From positions 1 to 42,262 of the forward strand of contig CAYJCX010000002.1 in assembly GCA_964368775.1 (NCBI GenBank): a stretch of DNA of 42,262 bases, read 5' to 3'. The notes under the pieces are model-generated. The model saw nothing but the letters and a program-made list of their open reading frames with translations, was not told where the DNA came from and did not search any database. How positions within the stretch are numbered: position 1 is the stretch's first letter; each line of letters opens with the position of its first letter. A program made the translations under genes and the position numbers. This stretch comes from an uncultured Candidatus Saccharibacteria bacterium. Lineage in GTDB: Bacteria > Patescibacteriota > Minisyncoccia > Phycocordibacterales > UBA9973. Positions 22,901 through 29,553 of the stretch are shown here, one piece after another.

Positions 22901-24834
22901 TCTTCTCTGGCGTATTTGGAAATCCGTTCGGTCGCTGCCACACTATCCCAACGCTGGCTTGGGACCATGCTTCTTGGACTTCTTCCACTTGAAGACTTCT
23001 CTCTTTGGCTACTTTCTGGTAAACCTGCGCTTCCTGTTCTTGTGTTAGATATGTTTCCATATGCTTTATTATCTTTATTTTCTTGTAATGTGTCAATACC
23101 GTGGGCTTTGTTATAAATTTCTTTTAATTGAGATTTAGTTTTGAAAACTTTATTATTAAATATTTTAATCTCTCCCTCTTCAAGTCCTACTTTACTAATA
23201 ACTGACATATCAATACCGTCAAACCCCTCCTTTTTTGCCCAATTAAATAATAATTCTGTACTTACTTCATCTTCAAATGAGGGTGCGTTTGCTGAACCAT
23301 TTGGATTTATATCATTGTAATCATTAATTAGTTTTTGTGGTATATCTTTTCTTGTAGCTATTTTGGCATTTTTATCAATATAGTATTCGCCAATAGTTGT
23401 TTTTTTACCAGTAGTTGCATCTGCATCCTGTTTAAAACTTTCAGCTATCTCTTTTTTTGTTGTCATTGGTATACCCCATTCAGAATCTCTAACTTCTTCA
23501 CTAAGAACTATTCCACCCCTATAAATAGGCTCTCCTTGTCCTTTTATAAATTCCTCTGGTGTATTATATTTTTTAGCTTCTACTTCTAATTCACTGCTAA
23601 TTTCTGTTTTATTAGCAGTAGATTCGCGTAGGTTAGTACCCTTAAATGTAGTCTCTTGGGCGATTCTTTGAATATTGGCAGTAGTATTTTTAGTAAATTG
23701 CTTACCTAGTTTCTTGTCTTGTTCTATGTGTTGGTCTACAACATTAATAACTTGATCCTCTGGAACTTGGAAAATAGTAGACAAAACTTTTACAGTCTGG
23801 TCTTTGGTTGCGCCGGATTTAGCACTGTCTTCGATAAGAGTACGCAATTTCTTTTGATCTTTTGATTCAAAGTTTATTGCGCCGGCTGTACCAAATAATG
23901 CAGCAATAGGTAGGGTTAATAGAGCTGTTTCTGTTAGCCCCTCATCTAATGGTTTACCAGTTGTCGCGTTACTAATTACTTGTTGGCTAACTTCTTGGCC
24001 TGTTTCAAATAATGTTGTAGTTAAGAATTTTTTAATACCATTTTTAAATCCTGGCTTTGTTACTTCAAAAAATCCACCTAACTTATCTGTAAAATAGTTT
24101 AAAACTAGGTTAGCCCCAAAAGATTTTAGGGATTTTTGCTGCGCTTGTTCTTCTGTATCACCAGCTTTAATAAGGGTTTTATAGTCTTCGTGGGCGTTTT
24201 GTAGAGATTCAAGTCCTGACATTGATAGGTTAGCTAGAAAAGCTGGGGCCTTTGCTAATTTACCTGCTATACCGCCGGCTAGATATGGAACTGTAGAACC
24301 TATACCAGTAGCTAGATTATTAAGATAAGACTTATCTTCTGGCTTCATAGTATCTACCCTTGCGGCAATTTCATTGAAACGCGCGTCTAGATCAATGGGA
24401 GTAGGCGGAGTATATGGGTTGTTAACATCTTTAGGTATTTTACTATTTATTAGATTTATACCTTGTTGGAATCCACCAAGAGTAGAACCTATTGTGTTTA
24501 TTTCACCACCAAAAATATTATTACCTAATTCAGTAATTGTTTTTGCAAAATGAGATTGTTTTACTTTCTGGCCTAATTTAGTTTTTTCTAAAAGAGAAGT
24601 TATAGTAGGAGCCAATGGACCAAGCGCTGTTAAAGCAGTATTTTTAAGGGCTTTTGTTGCTGTTGTAACAGCAGTTGGTAATGAACTAACTGCGGAATCT
24701 ACAGTAGATGGTGTGTTCCAAAAAGAACTACTGTCTTTTGTTGGAGTTGTTTTTTGTGCTTGATCCCAAAAGCCCCCAGTTTCCTTGGGAGCTATTGAAT
24801 TATTTTCTTCTGTGCCTGTGTCCCAAATTCCCAT
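16939..24834 (-). CDS. giant polyvalent-type virion protein (2631 aa) with an HExxH module and a C-terminal HNH/His-Me nuclease motif
   Basis: Single uninterrupted ORF with a Gly/Ala/Thr-rich, partly hydrophobic N-terminus. HELAGH lies at aa 740-745 (nt 22600-22617). A conserved-looking block FGHTRIEDM...RRVIEVQSDLYQKG lies at aa ~1030-1060. There are long K/E-rich coiled-coil stretches and hydrophobic helices in the last quarter. The C-terminal motif is KLDHTIPLELGGGNNEKNLKLVP...VEN (nt ~16942-17253). Confidence 0.75.
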   Translation of the reverse strand: MGIWDTGTEENNSIAPKETGGFWDQAQKTTPTKDSSSFWNTPSTVDSAVSSLPTAVTTATKALKNTALTALGPLAPTITSLLEKTKLGQKVKQSHFAKTITELGNNIFGGEINTIGSTLGGFQQGINLINSKIPKDVNNPYTPPTPIDLDARFNEIAARVDTMKPEDKSYLNNLATGIGSTVPYLAGGIAGKLAKAPAFLANLSMSGLESLQNAHEDYKTLIKAGDTEEQAQQKSLKSFGANLVLNYFTDKLGGFFEVTKPGFKNGIKKFLTTTLFETGQEVSQQVISNATTGKPLDEGLTETALLTLPIAALFGTAGAINFESKDQKKLRTLIEDSAKSGATKDQTVKVLSTIFQVPEDQVINVVDQHIEQDKKLGKQFTKNTTANIQRIAQETTFKGTNLRESTANKTEISSELEVEAKKYNTPEEFIKGQGEPIYRGGIVLSEEVRDSEWGIPMTTKKEIAESFKQDADATTGKKTTIGEYYIDKNAKIATRKDIPQKLINDYNDINPNGSANAPSFEDEVSTELLFNWAKKEGFDGIDMSVISKVGLEEGEIKIFNNKVFKTKSQLKEIYNKAHGIDTLQENKDNKAYGNISNTRTGSAGLPESSQREKSSSGRSPRSMVPSQRWDSVAATERISKYAREDGERNKLLVGQHEQLTGGKRTRITEDTPFLLRNLGFSNQLVDKIEQTSTQGGVTYVIVTDSYNDRSYVSAFTEDTIYLNPDEMSTDLYESGAIINHELAGHSWYLKLSPESRADFYQNLKQTPETVKQAWENTNNPYKNYWNRTINKIKENIVKNSNEDVANDIINFIGLKFNSNISLDTFIDRSLNIDRQIDIINNELDKRGYSSITLKAEDTEAVQEHVAMIAENAPDIETNNTMINSYVNDVQDNNLKYGERSTQNLLYTGELDLTLKTLEKLKGRTTVSKQFIQDLTNASDLKQQEKDILRNVLETEGKIVNVKDFADKVTAELLPLEMVDVTEGPMGEPRHENTTLTADLRGEVYEYQEHVYESPIPTSAGSIHYGGDAPNYFGHTRIEDMADDTTRRVIEVQSDLYQKGNLENELSIPSENKIIPGQLGNVPQGGAIYDKSKIANRKTEVAKLSQYNDPTAHFRMVREEIKKAAQDGKSYVQFPTGETAMKVEGLGETPNWRRIYELDGKRVSDKLEIGDLKTGETVQQAGSDWIITNVLGDGKFKAVPKDLTQNNLGIRWEAYTPEEIAKDFGNHSRAETFDISGKVDTNNPIYRFYEKDLGRYLKNNYDAKPITDDMGVTWYEVEIDPSMADAPVVAFREKNEDEDGLPMEKHPFFDTGDKMADLRATLAHAEKRTGATPVKFKKIQVGNNEVELSPELQQEITQLELENEALKYDPLNSLTKFANKKEGILPEILGRNEKNKGKGKFATRGDTLLDSSDFQQYLDDNGNVDTEEVRTAFANFWDKKQLHKERVAQVKREVKDFIVDQKDELALAKIAQMESEGQPIDYANQIVTKADVKDIASMIENKDKIDQFVADVRAESKTRREEVLNHKARALSKYVQKSTGQLPRIGSDTVFGKKGQDILDELGYRNIDEAQKDYNDYVNKKNEFVNPQSKLKAQERQAKFLGEKKKVIEAVKAELRKKGLDRKQTINAIRDHFYLTDREMADILGGADIRLLTDTEFDNLLNKVQDKALEIARHVQAIAEVEYTIAEKDLHRVENLQLAMGLSQDLNNLSTEELNKLNEIIGTFEQGDVFLGQREIETLMKNTDLPHVKTQRQILEEVLVKRTGVTLEQAKQISTDWLDEFRSATSLARQNPFYEVLVADAYEIKIEGEKAYREIEKKTNELTKKARASRKRGLIDRLVPTDDLVVSYLEEGDEAVKAKIASAMTPAELELAHYIRDTYAEMRDYLVKLDMLDRVRENYYTHRPRSFLEAWLKDGAKKSPKQFIGAFARAFKETVWDVNKMDEATFKILNERTGDVLPLEKFFKYSMKRSGTLIPSRNVAGAFLGYVKTFEVKKGLDRYIPKMEAVARALTPTETTEGGLIKDESLLNFVKKWINTQKGRPTALGPIKPGGTLDILIRSGVTFTRFLDLAFRVPAQAMSLVGEQAATFINIGAQKQALGLFRSKTKQGKELIKKYESFVGQTFFTKMKDQSKDAGSKLGETIFAFYGIAARQANLTHLLGSLTKEEFESGKVSTKRLAEIKNEMNRWRADDLLASVMGKTSVGAAVRQHKSWAVPILTQTLSNITTLTKLLKNGEIKTAAKAKEAHELIRAITLTALMVAIIGNMYRDLKNKKDRNLIEELEYRAYNDIFSFLQALDPQTLFAVPRLASWATGLAGAISQLLGSMGERNEKGEIPGMRTIKQSLIPKILREPYLESTSAIDQATKAESANEKAARLVVQAKYEELKKLADTSKEEANAAFTKLEEENPDLAEKVYSYGQSTKLTPDEKKMKSLGVENGDRARYIYGELNKLDTKEEKNTYATNLQDKDIITDTVYDQIAEMVKEDKPIYEDNQEVSKLGVVNTVVTYAKAIGTDPVTAFNRIFTGQKIRRVDSGAIIVERMSKDESQAVKTKRGGNTTTMKLDHTIPLELGGGNNEKNLKLVPTAEWASYTPVENYLGKKLRDGSINKKQAQEAISKFKNKEWTFDQIKAKY

Positions 24835-24846
24835 ATATATATTTAT

Positions 24847-26052
24847 TTAAAATAGAGGTGCTTTAGTAGTGGTTTTGCCGCCTTTCTTTGTGCTACGTAG
24901 GTATTGCGGTAGTGTTGTATTTTCTGGATTAACCCAATTATTAGGCGGGAATTTAGTTAAGAAATCTTTTTTAGTACCAGGGTATGTGTTATATGCTTCT
25001 TGATATACGTCTGGATCTACATAACCATCTGGCCCTTTAGACGCATTAAGTTTTGATTCTCCGGCTTTAATCATAGAGTTATTTACTGTTGTCTTAGATG
25101 CGGTAGGGCTAACTTTTTTATTAAGTGTAGCTTGTTTTGTTGCTAGAGTAACACCGGCTGTGTCTCTTTTAGCTTTTTCATCTGCAAGAGCTTGTACTAA
25201 AGTAGTTACAGGGATCTTATATTTCTTTGCTACTGCTTGGATAAATTGTTCTTTGTCTATATCTTCTAAAGTATTTAGACTGTCATAAATTTCATGCGCC
25301 TGAATTTCTGCGTTCTTTTGTGTAGCTGTTAATGTTTCATTAAGAGCTTTTAATTCATTAACTTGGTTATTCTTTAGAGTTTTTATGTAGTCCATCTTCT
25401 CTTTTAATAGAGAGAAATTCTTTTCTGTGCGCGCTTGATCTGCTTCTGCTAGAGCTGTAGCCATTTGAGAATCTAGCTCGGCTAGTTTGTCATGGTGCGC
25501 TAATTCTGCTTCTTGAATATGTCCAGCTAAAAGATCTGGAGTTGCTTGCGCAGCATTAGTTTGAATACCTAAAAGTTGTAAACCACCTTTATAACTTTGG
25601 AAGTTCTTTTCTAGGGAATTACTTTGTCTTTGTTTATTTGCTTGGATATTCTTAATAAGAATCTGGGCGGATTTATCGGAAGATGCTGCTAAACCACTTA
25701 GTGCTGCAATATATGGATCAGTTGTACTATTTATATCTGGGTTTGCTGCTTTTGTATTATCTACTGTCTTTTCTGTATTTGGATCTGGGTTTGCACCAGT
25801 TAAACCAAAACGATTAAGCATTAGATCCAGACCAGCGGAATTTTTAGCAAAGTTAGAACGTGAAGTAGATGAAGTAGCTACAAGGTTATTAGCTCCTTGT
25901 AGTTTACTTAGTAGTGCAGTATTTTGTTCCGCTGTACCCATATAGTCTCCGGCTTTACCTAAGCCTTGTGATTCATACATTGGCGCGCGTTCTGCCACAC
26001 TTGGAAGTGGTTTGTTTTGTTTTGAATAGTAACCTGCTAATGTGTTTTCCAT
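24847..26052 (-). CDS. virion-associated coiled-coil protein (putative)
   Basis: 401 aa, Ala/Gln/Leu-rich in the centre, located inside the structural block. Confidence 0.35.
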   Translation of the reverse strand: MENTLAGYYSKQNKPLPSVAERAPMYESQGLGKAGDYMGTAEQNTALLSKLQGANNLVATSSTSRSNFAKNSAGLDLMLNRFGLTGANPDPNTEKTVDNTKAANPDINSTTDPYIAALSGLAASSDKSAQILIKNIQANKQRQSNSLEKNFQSYKGGLQLLGIQTNAAQATPDLLAGHIQEAELAHHDKLAELDSQMATALAEADQARTEKNFSLLKEKMDYIKTLKNNQVNELKALNETLTATQKNAEIQAHEIYDSLNTLEDIDKEQFIQAVAKKYKIPVTTLVQALADEKAKRDTAGVTLATKQATLNKKVSPTASKTTVNNSMIKAGESKLNASKGPDGYVDPDVYQEAYNTYPGTKKDFLTKFPPNNWVNPENTTLPQYLRSTKKGGKTTTKAPLF

Positions 26053-26058
26053 ATATTA

Positions 26059-26463
26059 TTAATTAGCTAAAAATGCTTGGAGTAATGTGTATCTATTAGA
26101 ACTTGCAAATCCTAAAGTCCATGAACCTCCAGATCTTATAACTATTGGTACTGCGGCGTTAGAATATAAGTTTTGTTGCTCATACATTGTATTAACAGTC
26201 TCTCCGAATAGTGCAGCAATTTTAGCAGCACCGGCCGTAGCCGCAGTATTTGGACCACTTTCTCCTACAATTAAATTATTATACCCACCACCTACAGACG
26301 TAGCTCTTATATTAGTATATAGTTTACCAACTTTTTCAGCTGTAAAACTAATCGCAGAAAAAGCACCTGCGGTCGGATCATTAACAGTTACCGTAACTAT
26401 TTGACTAGCAGAATTAGGTAGCTGGGTTATACTATATTGTTTAAATGCAGTTGGTGTTGACAT
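26059..26463 (-). CDS. structural-module hypothetical protein
   Basis: 134 aa, located between the fibre gene and the coiled-coil gene. Confidence 0.35.
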   Translation of the reverse strand: MSTPTAFKQYSITQLPNSASQIVTVTVNDPTAGAFSAISFTAEKVGKLYTNIRATSVGGGYNNLIVGESGPNTAATAGAAKIAALFGETVNTMYEQQNLYSNAAVPIVIRSGGSWTLGFASSNRYTLLQAFLAN

Positions 26464-26481
26464 GATGATTTTAAATTATTA

Positions 26482-29400
26482 TTAACATTCAGCTTCCCAC
26501 ATCATACCTACTATTCCAGTTGGACTATTTGTTTTAGTCCAAGTAATAATAATATTAGTTGCGTCAAAAGTAACCACCCCTGTTTGAAATTCTGTTTGGT
26601 TTCCTGATGTTGGACCATAAAGAATAATATCTGTTCCAGACATATCTCTATTAGCACCATTGATAAATGCGCGACCTACTACAGAAGAAGTAGTACCGTT
26701 GTAGGCTAGAACAGCTTGGTATAAATTTGTTCCACTTGCTCCTATAGCTGGAGCCATAAAAGTAATTTTTATCTTTTTTGGAATAGCACTTAACCCATGA
26801 GGAATATTTTGTACAACAGATGCAGCGGAAGTATCTTTAGTAGTAACACCATTTGTATATTCTCCTAACACATTTCCGCCACCAGATTCTACAGCATAAT
26901 TAACTACCCAAATACCATTAGCTACTGTACCAGTTGTAGTTATATCAAATGTTGTACTAGTTACATTACTTATTGCAGCGCTAGAAGATACCCCAGCAGA
27001 TGTTCCATACGCCATAACAGAAGAAGCATCTGAAAATGGATATTGACCTGCGGTTGGTGATACAGCCATATTCACTACACTTTGTCCATTTGCATCATAA
27101 AATCCATTACCGTTTAAAATACCTTGTTGACCGGTACCATTATTTACATACGATATGGAGTTTATAATTATTCTAGATGGTATAGCTCCTAGATTATGAG
27201 TAATAGTTGTAACAGTAGTATTAGTCATTGGAACAGTGTCTACCCCATTTGCAAAAACAGCACTTGCTCCAGTACTAATAGGAGTAGCTTGATTTTCTAT
27301 ACCTCTCCAGTTATTCCAAAATACAAGTTTTGTAGATGCGTCAATAACACGTGCAAGAGGTTGTGATACTGTACCAGCTGTTGTTGGTTCTGTAAGAGAT
27401 AGAGCGCCGGCTGTTGTTTCATCTAGCCATAAATTATCACCTGCTACTGCGCCACCTGGTAATGCTGTTAGATTAAAGAATCCGCCAGTACCTATAACAA
27501 ATTCATTTGCATTGGTTACAGATACTACAAATCCTACAACATCTGCGTTAGCTGGAGTGTCTGCCTGGGCTGTAGTATATTCGCCGTCTGTACCATTTGA
27601 TCTAAGTACATCATCCGTACTAAATCCATGGGCAGTTTGAGTAACTGTTTCTTGAAGCGCATTTCCGGTTCCAGTCCCTCCACCTGGAATATCTATTTCT
27701 ACATGACCTGGAGATGTTTGAGTAACTGTTACGCCTGCACCTACGAAATCCATATTTGTAACATTAGTATCTACTGCTACTCCCTCGTCTTCTACTGTAA
27801 TAGGACTTGATACTGGAGTTGGACTAGTTATACCCTTAATTTCTACAGCCACTAATGCCCATGGAGTATTTTGAGTAATAGCCCAAGACATTGTTACGTT
27901 ATCAGGAGCAGATCCAGATAATTCATATGATCCACCACCTTGACGTGTATCAGTATTAGCAGTACGATGCCAGTTTTCAGATTGGCCTGCGCCTTTTGTA
28001 TAAAGAATAGGGGTCTGTGCGGTACTAAGACCATCTACAATGATTGAATTATCATATGTGGTAGCAAGTACTAAACTAGGTGTAAGACTTGTTCCTGTGC
28101 CAGTTTGGACAGTTCCAGTACTTGTTGTTTGGTCTACACCAACCCAGCTTTGCGCGCCGGCAGAACAGTATGAATTAGCAGAAAATGTAACAACGATAGC
28201 ATTTGTTCCTACTGCTGGGGCTACTATTTTCCATATTTCAGTACGAACAGTACCAGTAGATGCGGTTGCAGTTGGGACCAAAGTCATAGCTACGCCGTTA
28301 TAAGTAATACCTGTAACAGTTTTACCAGCTTCCATTGAGACTTCTACTGTAAGAAGACGATTAACCCCACTACATGTATGGTTCCATGTCAATGTTGGGA
28401 CTTGTGTGCTTCCACTAGTTGCATCCGATTCGTCATCTAAACCTGGCGGGGTTGTTCCACCTACACCAGCAATTGTAATTATTGCTTTAGCTGGATCAGT
28501 TCCATCTACTGCTACAGATACTCCACCCCCTTGGAAATCAAGGGTACTAGCTGGATTAACTATATCTACAGATTCATCTTGGACTACGATTGGAGCAGAA
28601 ACAATAGAACCAATATGACATCTTTGTAGTCTGCGGTTTTCGTAATCACTGTTATTAGAAATTATTACTTCACTGTTTGCATCGTGGTCAGAAAGAAGAT
28701 CTGCGTCATGGGCATTTGGAGTATGAAATTGACGGCCGCGATTTGTTAGGGCTACGAAATCTAATTCTACTATTCCACTAGGTAATACTGTCCACACTGC
28801 ACAACGAGCATTTTCTTCAAAGTTTTGGCTTTGATCTGTTTTAGCTTTACCTTGATCAAATACAAAGTTTAAATATCCGCCACATGATCCAAGATCTTCG
28901 TACTGAATTGGAGTACCATCTGGATAATTGAAAGATTTTAGGTACGCTTTAGTATCACCGGCTTTAAATGCGCGGGCTAGATAGAATGTTTGCGCTTGAA
29001 TTGTAGAGTTACAGTCTGTACAAGAATCTCCTGTTACTACTGGCGGAGTTATTGGATCTGGAATGTAGTAGTACACATTAACTAGTACACAGTCTAGAGA
29101 AATATTACCATTTGCTATCATTTGTAGCTTTAGGTTATTTATTTGATCTGGTGTCCATGATGTTGCGAAAAGGTATGTTGAACTACCTAATACATATTCT
29201 GCATTTGTTTCTGTAAGGCCAGTAAAAGGTGTTACATATGGATAAAATAGATCTGTTCCAGAAGTATTATCTACAGCATAAGGCGTTAAAGTTATTACAG
29301 GGCTTGTTTGTGCGCCACGATACCCAATAACTTTCATTTCAATACCAGTTATAACTGCATCTTGTGGAAGATTGAAGTTATAATTTCCTAAAATAAAGTC

Positions 29401-29547
29401 CGATGCGGTGTTATTTGGGTTAGAGACTGCAACATCTCCATCCACTAATAGCGCGTTATTGGGATTAGACCATTCATTACCAGTAGTTTGACCATTGGAA
29501 ATTATGGAAGTTGGTAATTTGTAGCCTGTTGTTGTGATAGTACTCAT
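26482..29547 (-). CDS. tail fibre / receptor-binding protein (putative)
   Basis: 1021 aa, Thr/Ser/Gly/Asn/Val-rich. It has a recurring beta-type motif (STLDFQGGGVSVAVDG and TNMDFVGAGVTVTQTS). Confidence 0.5.
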   Translation of the reverse strand: MSTITTTGYKLPTSIISNGQTTGNEWSNPNNALLVDGDVAVSNPNNTASDFILGNYNFNLPQDAVITGIEMKVIGYRGAQTSPVITLTPYAVDNTSGTDLFYPYVTPFTGLTETNAEYVLGSSTYLFATSWTPDQINNLKLQMIANGNISLDCVLVNVYYYIPDPITPPVVTGDSCTDCNSTIQAQTFYLARAFKAGDTKAYLKSFNYPDGTPIQYEDLGSCGGYLNFVFDQGKAKTDQSQNFEENARCAVWTVLPSGIVELDFVALTNRGRQFHTPNAHDADLLSDHDANSEVIISNNSDYENRRLQRCHIGSIVSAPIVVQDESVDIVNPASTLDFQGGGVSVAVDGTDPAKAIITIAGVGGTTPPGLDDESDATSGSTQVPTLTWNHTCSGVNRLLTVEVSMEAGKTVTGITYNGVAMTLVPTATASTGTVRTEIWKIVAPAVGTNAIVVTFSANSYCSAGAQSWVGVDQTTSTGTVQTGTGTSLTPSLVLATTYDNSIIVDGLSTAQTPILYTKGAGQSENWHRTANTDTRQGGGSYELSGSAPDNVTMSWAITQNTPWALVAVEIKGITSPTPVSSPITVEDEGVAVDTNVTNMDFVGAGVTVTQTSPGHVEIDIPGGGTGTGNALQETVTQTAHGFSTDDVLRSNGTDGEYTTAQADTPANADVVGFVVSVTNANEFVIGTGGFFNLTALPGGAVAGDNLWLDETTAGALSLTEPTTAGTVSQPLARVIDASTKLVFWNNWRGIENQATPISTGASAVFANGVDTVPMTNTTVTTITHNLGAIPSRIIINSISYVNNGTGQQGILNGNGFYDANGQSVVNMAVSPTAGQYPFSDASSVMAYGTSAGVSSSAAISNVTSTTFDITTTGTVANGIWVVNYAVESGGGNVLGEYTNGVTTKDTSAASVVQNIPHGLSAIPKKIKITFMAPAIGASGTNLYQAVLAYNGTTSSVVGRAFINGANRDMSGTDIILYGPTSGNQTEFQTGVVTFDATNIIITWTKTNSPTGIVGMMWEAEC

Positions 29548-29553
29548 ATGTAT

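Noticed and set aside
23155-23547. Possible R-S-E ADP-ribosyltransferase triad in the giant protein (IYRGG ... PMTTK ... EEGEIKIF).
   Set aside because: The spacing between motifs (about 20 and 90 residues) does not match C3/Alt-type ARTs that I know, and the motifs are short enough to occur by chance. It needs a profile search before any claim.
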